This document shows positions 45,397 to 55,905 of a stretch of 64,000 bases of DNA, piece by piece (position 1 is the stretch's first letter; the number at the start of each line of letters is the position of its first letter). Made by a program: the position numbers and the translations under genes. Source of the DNA: Flavobacteriales bacterium (GTDB lineage Bacteria > Bacteroidota > Bacteroidia > Flavobacteriales_D > JAUILH01); the NCBI GenBank assembly GCA_964230215.1, contig CAXRGQ010000014.1, positions 222,669 through 286,668 of the forward strand, written 5' to 3'. Under the pieces are notes generated by a model. That model searched no databases, had not been told where the DNA came from, and saw nothing but the letters and a program-made list of their open reading frames with translations.

Positions 45397-47706
45397 ATGA
45401 AATTATTCTCTATTTGTTTACTCACACTACTATTCGGGTGTGAAAGCTTATTTTCTCAAACTGTTATATGGTCTGAAGATTTTGGAACTGACGGTGGAGG
45501 AGGCTGTACTAGTCAAGGAACGTCTGCTGTTGGTTTTAATAGTGGAAACGGTGCTTGGACCGAAACGCTTACCGGTACTAACGATCCTGAAGCAAACTTA
45601 TGGTTTGTAAGTACAATGGAAGAAGGTGTTGGAGCAGGAAATTGTGGTGATGGATGTGGAGCAACAAGCCCAAACGCGACTAATCGAACTTTACACCTTA
45701 GCAACGCGGCGGTGCCCTTACTTGGCTTGCCAGCCGATCAAGGTGCAGCGTATAATGCGGGAGGAGGATGCCCTTCATTTTTTTGTGTGGCGACTGATAG
45801 ACGCATTGAATCGCCAAATATTAATCTCTCTGCCCAGGCGAACAACATGACATTAACATTTGAATACATTCACCTTGGAGATGGTACAGATCAGGCAGAG
45901 CTAGTGTATTTTGATGGAGCCACATGGCAAAGCCTTGGTGTTATGCCAAATACTACAACAGGTGCTTGTGCTCCTCAGCACGAATGGGCTTTATATACAT
46001 GGGTTATGCCAGCAGGATTGAATATCGCTAATTTTAGAATTGGTTGGCGTTGGTTCAATAATGACGATGGAGCTGGAACAGATCCTACCATAGCTGTAGA
46101 CAATATTCAAATTACAATTCCAACAACAGGAACAACTGATCCCGTAGCCTCATTCACACCGTCTCAAACTAATTTCTGTGAGGGCGATTGCATCAACCTA
46201 GTGGACAACAGTATTGATGGTAGTGCAGGGCCAATCACATCATGGACGTGGTCGGTTAATCCAGCAGCTGGAGCACCGGCAATCACTAACATACAAAACC
46301 CTTCTAATATTTGTTGGAATACAGCAGGAACGTATGACATCACATTAACTGTTGATGATGGTACAGCTACGGATGACACTACAATAACTGTGACTGTCAA
46401 CTCATGTAACCTTCCAATTGCATCATTTATTCCTTCTCAAACCACTATATGCGAAGGCGATTGTATTGACTTTACGGATAATAGTACAGATGGAGCTAAC
46501 GGACCTAATAACTCCTGGGTTTGGTCGGTTACACCAGCAGGCGGACCGGCTATTCCGGCCATTCAAAATCCAACAAACCAGTGTTTCAATACAGCAGGCA
46601 CTTATGATGTAACACTCACAGTAAGTGATGGAACGGACTCTGATGACACAACAATAACTATTACGGTGAATAACTGTGCTTCTACCATAGAGGCTAGTTT
46701 TACACCATCTCAGACAACTATATGCGAAAATGACTGTATTACTTTCACCGATGGAAGTACAACCACAGATCCTGGTGGAATTACGGCATGGAACTGGACG
46801 TTTACCGGTGGTACTCCGGGAACGGGAAGTGGACAAAATCCAGGCTCTGTTTGTTATGCTACTGCAGGAACTTATAATGTCACCTTAAGTGTTCAAGATG
46901 GTGCTGGAGGAACAGATGATACCACAATAGCTATCACCGTTACAGCATGTGCTCAACCAGTGGCGGCTATTACACCTCCGAGTGTAATCTGTGAGGGGCA
47001 ATGTGTAGATTTCCTTGATGCATCAACAGGAGGCGCAACCTCATGGGAGTGGAGTTTCACAGGTGCATCCGTGAACACATCAACAGATCAGAATCCAACA
47101 AATATTTGTTACCCAATTGCGGGAACCTATGATGTGACCTTAATTGTAAGTAATAGTAATGGCGCTGATACAATTACCATTCAAGTGGTAGTAAATGCAT
47201 TGCCGGTAGTAAACGCTGGACCAGATGTTACCATTAATGTCGGAGAGGTTACAACACTCGTGCCTTCAGGGCCAGCAGGTAATTACGTGTGGACGCCAAA
47301 TACAGGCTTGTCCTGTGATGTATGTTTAAATCCAAATGCATCTCCACTAGTAACCACTGAGTATTTACTCACCGTGACTGACGCAAATGGTTGCTCTGGA
47401 TGGTCAACCGTTACGGTGTTTGTGAATGTAGAAGAAGGAATTGGAGTCCCTAACGCATTCTCGCCCAACGGAGATGGCTTTAATGACGTCTTATACGTAA
47501 AGGGTAATGGTATTGAAAGTATGATTTTCACCGTGTACAATAGATACGGACAACAGGTGTTCACCTCAAATGATCAGACCGTTGGTTGGGATGGCACCTT
47601 TAATGGCAAGAAGCTAAACCCAGGCGTATTCGTGTACGTTGTTAGCTACAACTTCTTCGGAGGAGAGAGACAGGAGTTGAAAGGAAATGTAACACTTGTA
47701 AAATAA
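45397..47706 (+). CDS. Cell-surface adhesin-like protein: N-terminal jelly-roll-like domain, 4 PKD repeats, T9SS type-B (gliding-motility-associated) C-terminal domain
   Basis: It has a signal peptide. Four ~90-aa repeats share SFTPSQTTICEGDCIxFTDNS...AGTYDVTLTV...DDTTITITV. The C-terminus reads GVPNAFSPNGDGFNDVLYVKG...GWDGTFNGKKLNPGVFVYVV...KGNVTLVK. Confidence 0.88.
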   Translation: MKLFSICLLTLLFGCESLFSQTVIWSEDFGTDGGGGCTSQGTSAVGFNSGNGAWTETLTGTNDPEANLWFVSTMEEGVGAGNCGDGCGATSPNATNRTLHLSNAAVPLLGLPADQGAAYNAGGGCPSFFCVATDRRIESPNINLSAQANNMTLTFEYIHLGDGTDQAELVYFDGATWQSLGVMPNTTTGACAPQHEWALYTWVMPAGLNIANFRIGWRWFNNDDGAGTDPTIAVDNIQITIPTTGTTDPVASFTPSQTNFCEGDCINLVDNSIDGSAGPITSWTWSVNPAAGAPAITNIQNPSNICWNTAGTYDITLTVDDGTATDDTTITVTVNSCNLPIASFIPSQTTICEGDCIDFTDNSTDGANGPNNSWVWSVTPAGGPAIPAIQNPTNQCFNTAGTYDVTLTVSDGTDSDDTTITITVNNCASTIEASFTPSQTTICENDCITFTDGSTTTDPGGITAWNWTFTGGTPGTGSGQNPGSVCYATAGTYNVTLSVQDGAGGTDDTTIAITVTACAQPVAAITPPSVICEGQCVDFLDASTGGATSWEWSFTGASVNTSTDQNPTNICYPIAGTYDVTLIVSNSNGADTITIQVVVNALPVVNAGPDVTINVGEVTTLVPSGPAGNYVWTPNTGLSCDVCLNPNASPLVTTEYLLTVTDANGCSGWSTVTVFVNVEEGIGVPNAFSPNGDGFNDVLYVKGNGIESMIFTVYNRYGQQVFTSNDQTVGWDGTFNGKKLNPGVFVYVVSYNFFGGERQELKGNVTLVK
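46144..47205 (+). repeat. Four tandem in-frame PKD-domain coding repeats (periods 273, 273, 270 and about 246 nt)
   Basis: Units start at 46144, 46417, 46690 and 46960. The conserved nucleotide cores include tcattcacaccgtctcaaac and acagcaggaacgtatgaYgt. Confidence 0.85.
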
Positions 47707-48734
47707 TGAAGATGAAGAGTTTTAAGATTGGATTATTGGCAGTAGTGTTCGGAACATCTATTGCAGCAAATGCGCAAGGTGATATTCATCATTCCATGTT
47801 TTACACTACACCAACCATGTTAAACCCTGCAACAGCAGGAGCATTTAATGCTGATATGAGAGCGTTCACGAATTATAGAACGCAGTGGGGGAGTATCACA
47901 CCGAATCAATTCAGAACAATTACAGCGTCATTTGATGCACCCATTCGACCAAAATCAACAGGTGCTAGTCATTTCGGAGCTGGTTTGAATTTCTATAATG
48001 ATAAAGCGGGAGATGGTCAAGTAACGACGAATAATTTTCAGTTGACGGGGAGCTACGTGCTTGAAGTTGATAAAGAAGCGTTCTTGTCGTTTGGAGCAGG
48101 ACTTGGGTTAATACAACGTTCTATAGCCTTTGTTGATCTCTATTGGGACAATCAATGGAACGGAGAAACATTTGATCAATCTGTGTATTCAGGTGAAGCA
48201 GGATTTACAGACAAATTTCAAGCGTTTGATGTAAGTGCAGGTATGTTTTATTATGCTGATTTTGGCGGAGGCTTAAAGTTTGAAGCGGGTGCATCTATAT
48301 CTCACTTTAATCGACCGAATGTTACTTTTTTAGGTAAAAGCGATCCCTTATTAATGAAAGTTAATATTCATTCGAATGCCACTATTCCTGTTCCTGACTC
48401 AAAAATAGACATCCTTCCAGGAGTTCTTGTGATGTTTCAGGGGCCCAACAGGTTAATCAACGTTGGAACAGATATTAAGTATTTAGTGAAACGTAAATCT
48501 GAAAGACTATCTTTTAATGATGAGGTAAGTATAAGCCTGGGAACATATTTCCGTTTCCAAGATGCGGCATATTTCACCACTCGATTTAATTATGGACCCT
48601 TTTCATTGGGAGGAGCGTTTGACTTGACATTATCTGAACTTAGCACATACAATAGTAATATGGGTGGATTAGAATTCTTCCTACAATATGTAGTTACACT
48701 CGGGCAATCCGGAGGTGTATCTATGTTTAGATAG
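47706..48734 (+). CDS. PorP/SprF-family type IX secretion system membrane protein
   Basis: It is TAATG-coupled to the type-B CTD adhesin. A signal peptide is followed by HHSMFYTTPTMLNPATAG...NYRTQWGSI, the family N-terminal signature, and a beta-barrel-like remainder. Confidence 0.85.
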   Translation: MKMKSFKIGLLAVVFGTSIAANAQGDIHHSMFYTTPTMLNPATAGAFNADMRAFTNYRTQWGSITPNQFRTITASFDAPIRPKSTGASHFGAGLNFYNDKAGDGQVTTNNFQLTGSYVLEVDKEAFLSFGAGLGLIQRSIAFVDLYWDNQWNGETFDQSVYSGEAGFTDKFQAFDVSAGMFYYADFGGGLKFEAGASISHFNRPNVTFLGKSDPLLMKVNIHSNATIPVPDSKIDILPGVLVMFQGPNRLINVGTDIKYLVKRKSERLSFNDEVSISLGTYFRFQDAAYFTTRFNYGPFSLGGAFDLTLSELSTYNSNMGGLEFFLQYVVTLGQSGGVSMFR

Positions 48735-48746
48735 TATATTCGTTAC

Positions 48747-49466
48747 ATGATTAAGTCTTTTCTGAGAATTTTTATGGCTTTGCTAGTGCTGAACTTGGCG
48801 TCATGTGCAAGCAAAATGAGTGTTGTAACCGTTTCAACCGATATGGGAGATATGCAGTTGGTATTGCACAATGAAACTAAGAAACACAAAGAAAATTTCG
48901 AGAAATTAGTAAAAGAAGGATTCTATGATGGCACAACCTTTCACCGTGTGATCAAAGATTTTATGATACAGGGTGGGGACCCATATAGCAAAGACTCAAG
49001 CAAAAGGCACCTTGCAGGAACGGGGAGTCCTGGATATACAATAGATGCTGAGTTCTTGCCACAGTATAGACACTATCGAGGGGCCTTAGCCGCAGCAAGA
49101 TCTCCAGATAACATCAACCCTGAAAAGGAATCGAATGGTTCTCAGTTTTACATTGTTGACGGTGTGCAATATAATATGAAAATACTAGAAGCAACGATAG
49201 CAAAAGTTCAGACAAGAGATCCCGATTTTTATTTACCGGATTCGGTCAAAACAAATTATTGTAAATATGGTGGCGCACCCTGGTTAGATGGTGGTTATAC
49301 CGTCTTCGGTCAACTTATATCAGGCTATGATGTTTTGGACAAGATAGCGGCAAAAAAAACGAATAATGTTGCACGCCCGCTCGAAGATATAAGCATGACA
49401 TGCAGTCTTAAAAAGTACCGAAAGAAGGCCTACGATAAACTTCTTGAATCAATACAAACGGACTAA
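48747..49466 (+). CDS. Cyclophilin-type peptidyl-prolyl cis-trans isomerase, lipoprotein
   Basis: It has the lipobox LNLASC, then FHRVIKDFMIQGGDP, SNGSQFYIV and YTVFGQLISG. Confidence 0.9.
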   Translation: MIKSFLRIFMALLVLNLASCASKMSVVTVSTDMGDMQLVLHNETKKHKENFEKLVKEGFYDGTTFHRVIKDFMIQGGDPYSKDSSKRHLAGTGSPGYTIDAEFLPQYRHYRGALAAARSPDNINPEKESNGSQFYIVDGVQYNMKILEATIAKVQTRDPDFYLPDSVKTNYCKYGGAPWLDGGYTVFGQLISGYDVLDKIAAKKTNNVARPLEDISMTCSLKKYRKKAYDKLLESIQTD

Positions 49467-50164
49467 TTATAGGTCGCCATGGCTTCCCATAAATTATCAT
49501 CTGGAGTGGGAGCAATAATTGTCATGAGCTCTTTTTGTACAGGATGTTCAAAGGTGATTTTTCTCGCATGGAGATGAATACTTGCGTCTTTATTAGATCG
49601 CTTAGCACCATATTTCAGGTCACCTTTTATTGGACAACCAATCGCTGATAGTTGAACTCTAATTTGATGATGTCTTCCTGTATGTGGCGTTACTTCTATA
49701 AATGAGTAATTATCGCCCATGCCGAGAACTCTGTAGGTTAGGCTGGACTCTTTGCCTCCGGATACGGCTTTATCAAATGCTTTTGATTTATTCTTTTGCT
49801 GATCTTTTTTCAGGAAGTGCTTTATAGTTCCTTCAGGTGAATTAGGTGCTCCATGACAAACTGCCCAATATGTTTTTTGAATCGTTTTTTCTTGAAACAT
49901 TTTGTTCATGCGACTTAGTGCTTTGCTAGTCTTAGCAAAAACAACAGCTCCACTCACGGGTCTATCAATGCGATGAATCACCCCAATAAATACAGCCCCT
50001 GGTTTGTCATACTTTACTTTAATGTAGTCTTTAACATGCTCTACAAGAGGTTTGTCGCCAGTCTTGTCTCCTTGCACTATGTCAGAAGGTTTCTTGTTGA
50101 CTATAATTAGGTGATTATCCTCAAATAATACCTCTAGATTTTGTCTAGTACTGCTCGTTTTCAT
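49463..50164 (-). CDS. RluA-family pseudouridine synthase (no S4 domain)
   Basis: The catalytic motif [16 protein letters not shown] is present, along with YWAVCHG and [12 protein letters not shown]. Its stop overlaps the convergent PPIase gene by 4 nt. Confidence 0.88.
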   Translation of the reverse strand: MKTSSTRQNLEVLFEDNHLIIVNKKPSDIVQGDKTGDKPLVEHVKDYIKVKYDKPGAVFIGVIHRIDRPVSGAVVFAKTSKALSRMNKMFQEKTIQKTYWAVCHGAPNSPEGTIKHFLKKDQQKNKSKAFDKAVSGGKESSLTYRVLGMGDNYSFIEVTPHTGRHHQIRVQLSAIGCPIKGDLKYGAKRSNKDASIHLHARKITFEHPVQKELMTIIAPTPDDNLWEAMATYN

Positions 50165-50960
50165 TCGGGAAATCCTTCGATTTTACATCCTGAATATATG
50201 CTCCGACAGCACCTTTCATTTCCTCGTATAGGTTGTGATATTTTCTTAAAAATCGCGGATTAAATTCGTTGTTAATACCAAGCATGTCATGGCTAACCAA
50301 TACTTGTCCATCCACACCATTACCAGCTCCAATGCCAATTATCGGAATATTTACAGAGGCGGCTACCTCAGCAGCTAATTTTGCAGGAATTTTCTCCAGT
50401 ACAATTGCAAAACAGCCAATCTCTTCTAGCAATCTAGCATCCTCTTTTAGACGTCTTGCTTCATCTTCTTCTTTTGCTCGTACCACGTAGGTCCCGAATT
50501 TATAGATGGACTGAGGGGTTAGTCCTAAATGTCCCATAACCGGAATACCTGCACTTAAAATACGTTCGATTGATTCTGAAATCTCTCGCCCGCCCTCTAA
50601 TTTCACAGCGTGAGCGCCACTTTCTTTCATTATTCTTATCGAGCTATTTAGGGCTTCTTTAGAGTTACCTTGGTATGCTCCGAAGGGAAGATCCACTACA
50701 ACCAATGCTCTTTGTACAGCGCGCACAACAGAGGAGGCATGATAAATCATTTGATCTAGTGTGATAGGCAGTGTCGTCTCATGCCCAGCCATTACGTTGG
50801 ATGCAGAATCGCCAACTAGAATCACATCAATTCCTGCTTCATCAATAATTCTTGCCATTGAAAAATCATAAGCAGTCAACATTGATATCTTTTCGCCCTT
50901 TAACTTGAGCTCCTGAAGTACATGCGTTGTTACACGTTTTATGTTATTATGTACGGACAT
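50145..50960 (-). CDS. panB: 3-methyl-2-oxobutanoate hydroxymethyltransferase
   Basis: [35 protein letters not shown] and KLEGG are present, and the size (271 aa) fits. Confidence 0.92.
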   Translation of the reverse strand: MSVHNNIKRVTTHVLQELKLKGEKISMLTAYDFSMARIIDEAGIDVILVGDSASNVMAGHETTLPITLDQMIYHASSVVRAVQRALVVVDLPFGAYQGNSKEALNSSIRIMKESGAHAVKLEGGREISESIERILSAGIPVMGHLGLTPQSIYKFGTYVVRAKEEDEARRLKEDARLLEEIGCFAIVLEKIPAKLAAEVAASVNIPIIGIGAGNGVDGQVLVSHDMLGINNEFNPRFLRKYHNLYEEMKGAVGAYIQDVKSKDFPNENEQY

Positions 50961-51009
50961 TAACTTTGTTTTAGATCACAAAGCTAAGCAAACGAACCAA
51001 CATAGATGA

Positions 51010-51834
51010 TTAGAAGATGTCTTTTAATCGAGCAAACAGATGAAACTTGGTATCTGATTTTAGTTTTAAATCAGTAACAACTAAACGAACTACAATTTGA
51101 CGCTTTTCGTTTCCATTGCGCAAAATCATATTATATCTATCTTTTCTTGGGTGATGCTTTAGATCAGCCTCTTCCCAGTTGTCATCTAAGGCAATATCTA
51201 GGTCTTTGGTTAGGGTAGTATCAAGCTCAAAATAGTAATTAGCTTTATTCTTTAAACTAGCATAAGTAGTTAAATCAACATTAATATTTAAACCTTGGTT
51301 GATACGCAAGTCCATAGAAGTGTTGATGGCATCCCTCTTAATCGGAATCAGTTTTGCTTTTTTCAAAGGAACTGGACTTAGCCTTGTTTTTGAGGCTGAC
51401 TGAGATGTTGCCTGTAACTCCATGTCACTCTCATTAACATGCTCACTGAGTTCAACACGCATTTCATACTTTTTATCATCTACCTGTTCAATTACAACAG
51501 GAATCTCATTTTCTATAGTGTTCTCAGATGGTGTGATTTCAACATTAGTGCCTACTTCATTAATAATGATTGGAGCGATAGGTTTTGATTCGGCTTGCAA
51601 TGTGGCATGTGTGTTATGAGTCCCATTATCGGGCTGCTGAGTATCACCAATATACGAGCCTAAACCAAAGGCCAGTGCCACAACAAGGCTAATGCTAACA
51701 CTCCATATAGCTGTTAAGCCAGATGTTCCTGCCTGTGCATTCACTTGATTTAAGACCTTGTTAAAATCCATTTTTGCCTCAATAGAAGCGTCATGTATTG
51801 GCGCAGAGTCTATATGAAAATCTAGGTTTTTCAT
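51010..51834 (-). CDS. Single-pass membrane protein, putative anti-sigma partner (second module)
   Basis: ATGA overlap with the sigma gene. About 40 cytoplasmic residues are followed by a TM helix (LTAIWSVSISLVVALAFGLG) and an extracytoplasmic domain. The layout parallels 1069-1908. Confidence 0.55.
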   Translation of the reverse strand: MKNLDFHIDSAPIHDASIEAKMDFNKVLNQVNAQAGTSGLTAIWSVSISLVVALAFGLGSYIGDTQQPDNGTHNTHATLQAESKPIAPIIINEVGTNVEITPSENTIENEIPVVIEQVDDKKYEMRVELSEHVNESDMELQATSQSASKTRLSPVPLKKAKLIPIKRDAINTSMDLRINQGLNINVDLTTYASLKNKANYYFELDTTLTKDLDIALDDNWEEADLKHHPRKDRYNMILRNGNEKRQIVVRLVVTDLKLKSDTKFHLFARLKDIF

Positions 51835-52400
51835 TTCACGATAGTATTAAGTTTTTTTATTATTCGGTGCATTTTAACCTTAGCGTTGGACAAGCTAAAC
51901 CCTGTGATGTCACATATATCCTTGTAAGATTTGCCTTCGAAATATTTCATTTCAATCAAGAATAATTCATCCTCGTTTAAGGTAGAAAGGGCAGTTTTCA
52001 TTTTAGCCAAACGTTCGTCTTCGTTAAAATAGTCAGGGTCTTCATATAAATCGTCGATATTACTTGATTTTGCATAGACAGATCGCTTTGTCTTCTCGCT
52101 CCTATGATGGAGTAAAAACTCATTGTATGCAATTCTAAATAACCAAGATTTAAAAGGAACCCCTGTATGCGAGTATTTTTTCAGGTTTTGAATAGCCTTA
52201 ACGAAAGTTTGTGAACATAGGTCTTCTGCCAAAGCTTCATTGCCACATCTTTTTAATAAGAATAGATATACAGACTTAAAATGTTGTTTGTACAAAGGTT
52301 CAAACATTCTAGGGTTGGCTTGTGCTAACTGAATAATTTTAGCTTCTTCGCGCAACTCACTTGAGCTTAGTTGTTGATATGTATTGCTTGAACTATTCAA
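51831..52400 (-). CDS. ECF-type RNA polymerase sigma factor (paralog of 1892-2485)
   Basis: 189 aa with a TTG start. Region 2 (FEPLYKQHFKSVYLFLL, DLCSQTFVKA, PFKSWLFRIAYNE) and the region 4 HTH (YKDICDITGFSLSNAKVKMHRIIKKL) are recognisable. Confidence 0.88.
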   Translation of the reverse strand: MNSSSNTYQQLSSSELREEAKIIQLAQANPRMFEPLYKQHFKSVYLFLLKRCGNEALAEDLCSQTFVKAIQNLKKYSHTGVPFKSWLFRIAYNEFLLHHRSEKTKRSVYAKSSNIDDLYEDPDYFNEDERLAKMKTALSTLNEDELFLIEMKYFEGKSYKDICDITGFSLSNAKVKMHRIIKKLNTIVK

Positions 52401-52414
52401 AGTCTATTGTGCTG

Positions 52415-52454
52415 TTCTTACTATAGTAATACACATGATTACGATTGGTTACAA
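52415..52454 (-). promoter_or_regulatory. Candidate ECF-dependent promoter/leader motif pair (second copy)
   Basis: On the minus strand the sequence reads TTGTAACC (52447-52454), 21 nt, TATAGTAAGAA (52415-52425), 14 nt, then the TTG start. Confidence 0.3.
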
Positions 52455-52698
52455 TTAATTTAAAAAATACTTAAGACTCTGCGTAGAAGTCCATCTATTC
52501 GTGAAATGAATGAGTAATACACCTTCTATCTAACTAAGTATACGCGACAATTCCTACATAGTTCGACCTAAACTAGAATAATACTGACAATTACGTCTTA
52601 TGATAAAACGAGATAAACAATTAATTATTGAGTCTGCGGTCTATTTGGTTTATTATAGTAAATTAGATTATTAGAAGTAATTACGTATTTTTGCGTGT

Positions 52699-53790
52699 AT
52701 GAAGATTTTATCTAAGTTTTTAGCATGTGCATCTTTGGTGGGAGTATTATCAGCGTGTAATACAGATGTTGATTTGAATGCGGATTGGGAGAGAACCACG
52801 GTAGTATATGGATTGTTAGATAAAAATGAATCAACCCATTTTGTTAAAATTAACAAGGCATTTTTAGGCGATGGGAACGCATTAGTGTTTGCAAGTATCC
52901 GTGACTCTTCGGAGTTTCAGGCAGGACAAATGAATGCATATGTAGAAGAAATTATAAGCGGATCAGTTAACAGAACCTTCCCATTATTGGATTCAAACAT
53001 GCAAAATAAGGATGAAAATGGACTGTTTTACGGTCCAGAGCATACCGTGTATTATTTTGAAGAGCCTGCGTTAAACGAAAATGCGCGTTATAGAGTGGTT
53101 GTGGATGTTCAAGGAGAGTCGGACCAAGTTTATGCAGAGACAGGATTAGTTCAGAGTTTTAATATAACTAAGCCAAGTCAGAATATTCCTGGTGCAATGG
53201 TTCAAACTCAGATAAGTTTTGCTATTGCTAATCCAGTCGATACAAGTGATTATTTATCATATGCCTTTATTTGGCAAGGCGTATCAGAAGCGTCTAGATA
53301 TCAAGCTTACGTTACTTTAAATTACATTGAAGTGACGACTACTGATACAACAGAACGCGCTTTAGAGTGGTATTTAGGTGAAGTTAGAGGAAACGATAAT
53401 ACAGAGAAGAATATTAAAGGATACCAGTTCTATACTTGGGTAAGAGACAGAATTAAAAATTCACCAAGCTTGAATCCAAGTAACTTGGTATATAGAAAAT
53501 TCAACGGACTTGATTTCAAGGTTGTGGCTGCGGGCGAAGATTTAGATACGTACATGGAGGTGAACGAACCTGTTACAGGAATTGTTCAGGATCGACCTGA
53601 GTTTACCAATGTAATTAATGGTATTGGAATATTCTCATCTAGAACGGCTGAAGAGAATGATTACAAATTCCTAAATAAAAACTCCCTAGAGGAGTTATGT
53701 AAAGGTCAATTTACCTACGACTTGGAGTTCTGTACAGATTCTGCCATGTGGAGCGGTATCCAATCGGATATGCAAGTATGGTGTCCATGA
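52699..53790 (+). CDS. Lipoprotein of unknown function, divergent from the second ECF module
   Basis: 363 aa with the lipobox LVGVLSAC. The N-terminal TTVVYGLLDKNESTHFVKINKAFLG is reminiscent of DUF4249-type lipoproteins (weak). Confidence 0.55.
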   Translation: MKILSKFLACASLVGVLSACNTDVDLNADWERTTVVYGLLDKNESTHFVKINKAFLGDGNALVFASIRDSSEFQAGQMNAYVEEIISGSVNRTFPLLDSNMQNKDENGLFYGPEHTVYYFEEPALNENARYRVVVDVQGESDQVYAETGLVQSFNITKPSQNIPGAMVQTQISFAIANPVDTSDYLSYAFIWQGVSEASRYQAYVTLNYIEVTTTDTTERALEWYLGEVRGNDNTEKNIKGYQFYTWVRDRIKNSPSLNPSNLVYRKFNGLDFKVVAAGEDLDTYMEVNEPVTGIVQDRPEFTNVINGIGIFSSRTAEENDYKFLNKNSLEELCKGQFTYDLEFCTDSAMWSGIQSDMQVWCP

Positions 53791-53806
53791 CATAATGTCT
53801 GCAATT

Positions 53807-53835
53807 GTGTCAGTCTCTGACACCTTATTACATAT
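53807..53835 (+). terminator. Possible terminator hairpin
   Basis: GTGTCAG, loop TCT and CTGACAC form a 7-bp stem followed by a U-rich CTTATTACATATT. Confidence 0.4.
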
Positions 53836-53958
53836 TATATAACAGTAAATCAGTTTAAACTGACAATCTCGCACTCTTTTGCATCAATATTCGTGATGGC
53901 ATAGTGATTGACTATGTGTATTTGAAATTTTGAATGTAAAACCAGATTATATAATACA

Positions 53959-55872
53959 ATGAGTAAAATTATAGGCATAGATTTGGGAACAACAAACTCA
54001 TGTGTTGCCGTAATGGAAGGTAACGAGCCAGTTGTAATTCCAAACAGCGAAGGGAAAAGAACTACACCATCGATTGTTGCTTTTGTTGATGGAGGCGAAA
54101 GAAAGATTGGTGACCCAGCAAAAAGACAAGCAATTACAAACCCTACTAAAACAATTTCTTCTATTAAGAGATTTATGGGTTGTAGCTTTGATGAGGCATC
54201 TAAAGAAATTGGTCGAGTTCCGTATGAAGTAGTTAAAGGCGATAACAACACCCCACGTGTTAAGATTGATGACAGAATGTACACGCCACAGGAAATTTCT
54301 GCAATGGTACTTCAGAAAATGAAGAAAACAGCAGAAGACTATCTAGGTACAACTGTGTCAGAAGCGGTAATTACGGTGCCAGCGTACTTTAACGATTCAC
54401 AAAGACAAGCTACTAAGGAAGCTGGGGAGATTGCAGGTTTAAAAGTTAGAAGAATTATTAACGAACCAACGGCTGCATCACTTGCGTACGGAATGGACAA
54501 AAAAGGTGTTGACCAAAAAATCGTAGTATTTGACTGCGGTGGTGGTACACATGATGTTTCAATCCTAGAACTTGGTGATGGCGTGTTTGAAGTAAAGTCT
54601 ACAGATGGTGATACGCACTTAGGTGGAGACGACTTTGATCAAGTTATCATCGATTGGTTAGTGGATGAATTTAAAAGCGAAAATGGCGGTTTAGATTTAT
54701 CTAAAGACCCAATGGCACTTCAGAGATTAAAAGAAGCTGCAGAAAAGGCTAAAATCGAATTGTCATCTACAACTTCATCAGAGATTAACTTGCCTTATAT
54801 CATGCCAGTAGATGGTGTGCCAAAACACTTAGTTAGATCCTTATCTAGAGCTAAGTTCGAGCAGTTAGCTGATGAATTAATCAAAAGAACAATCGAACCA
54901 TGTAAGACAGCATTAAAGAATGCAGGAATGTCTAACAGCGATATTGATGAAGTAATCTTAGTTGGTGGTTCTACTAGAATACCAGCTATCCAAGAAGCAG
55001 TTAAAGCATTCTTTGGAAAAGAGCCTTCAAAAGGAGTAAACCCTGATGAGGTGGTTGCAGTTGGTGCAGCTATTCAAGGTGGTGTATTAACTGGAGAAGT
55101 TAAAGATGTACTTCTTCTAGATGTAACTCCATTATCACTGGGTATTGAAACTATGGGTGGTGTATTCACTAAATTGATTGAGTCGAATACTACGATTCCA
55201 AGTAGAAAATCTGAGACCTTCTCAACAGCATCAGATAATCAGCCATCGGTTGAGATTCATGTGCTGCAAGGAGAGCGACCTATGGCAAGTGGGAACAGAA
55301 CAATTGGAAGATTCCAGTTGGCAGATATTCCTCCAGCACCAAGAGGTGTACCTCAGATTGAAGTAACTTTTGACATTGATGCAAACGGTATTTTGAATGT
55401 ATCAGCAAAAGATAAAGCTACAGGCAAAGAGCAGTCAATTAGAATTGAAGCAAGTTCTGGGTTGTCAGATGAGGAAATCGAAAAGATGAAGAGAGAAGCA
55501 GAAGCAAATGCAGATGCTGACAACAAAATAAAAGAACAAGCGGATAAATTGAACCAGGCGGATGCGACTATCTTCCAGACGGAGAAAGCCCTAAAAGACT
55601 ACGGGGACAAGATTCCAGAAGACAAGAAGCAACCAATTGAAGATGCTTTAGCTGAATTAAAGACAGCGCATGCCGAGAAGAATTACGACATCTTAGATGA
55701 AAAAGTAAACAAACTGAATGAAGTATTCCAGGCGGCTAGTCAAGAAATGTATCAAGCACAGCAACAAGCTGAAGGCGGTGCAACAGAAGGACAAGCTGGA
55801 CAGGAAGGAACTTCAGGAAGTGATGAAGAAGTGACAGATGTTGATTTTGAAGAGGTTGAAGACAAAAAGTAA
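53959..55872 (+). CDS. dnaK: Molecular chaperone DnaK (Hsp70)
   Basis: [26 protein letters not shown]-like [13 protein letters not shown] and [14 protein letters not shown] are present, with an acidic C-terminal tail. Confidence 0.97.
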   Translation: MSKIIGIDLGTTNSCVAVMEGNEPVVIPNSEGKRTTPSIVAFVDGGERKIGDPAKRQAITNPTKTISSIKRFMGCSFDEASKEIGRVPYEVVKGDNNTPRVKIDDRMYTPQEISAMVLQKMKKTAEDYLGTTVSEAVITVPAYFNDSQRQATKEAGEIAGLKVRRIINEPTAASLAYGMDKKGVDQKIVVFDCGGGTHDVSILELGDGVFEVKSTDGDTHLGGDDFDQVIIDWLVDEFKSENGGLDLSKDPMALQRLKEAAEKAKIELSSTTSSEINLPYIMPVDGVPKHLVRSLSRAKFEQLADELIKRTIEPCKTALKNAGMSNSDIDEVILVGGSTRIPAIQEAVKAFFGKEPSKGVNPDEVVAVGAAIQGGVLTGEVKDVLLLDVTPLSLGIETMGGVFTKLIESNTTIPSRKSETFSTASDNQPSVEIHVLQGERPMASGNRTIGRFQLADIPPAPRGVPQIEVTFDIDANGILNVSAKDKATGKEQSIRIEASSGLSDEEIEKMKREAEANADADNKIKEQADKLNQADATIFQTEKALKDYGDKIPEDKKQPIEDALAELKTAHAEKNYDILDEKVNKLNEVFQAASQEMYQAQQQAEGGATEGQAGQEGTSGSDEEVTDVDFEEVEDKK

Positions 55873-55905
55873 ACTTCATATCTAAATAATAATAACGTTT
55901 ATTAA

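Noticed and set aside
46423-46836. 137-aa minus-strand ORF and several smaller ORFs inside the PKD-repeat region
   Set aside because: They are antisense or alternate-frame products of repetitive coding sequence. The plus-strand frame encodes clean PKD repeats.
46144-47205. Periodic nucleotide repeats considered as a CRISPR-like or satellite array
   Set aside because: The period is 270-273 nt, in frame, and encodes PKD domains. There is no short repeat/spacer structure.
53900-53958. Sigma-32-like promoter (TTGAAA-N14-CCAGATTA) or CIRCE upstream of dnaK
   Set aside because: The match to CTTGAAA-N13-15-CCCCATNT is only partial. No CIRCE is present, and no matching element lies upstream of hsp20.
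53850-54284. 144-aa minus-strand ORF overlapping the dnaK 5' end
   Set aside because: Most of it is antisense to dnaK, whose identity is unambiguous.
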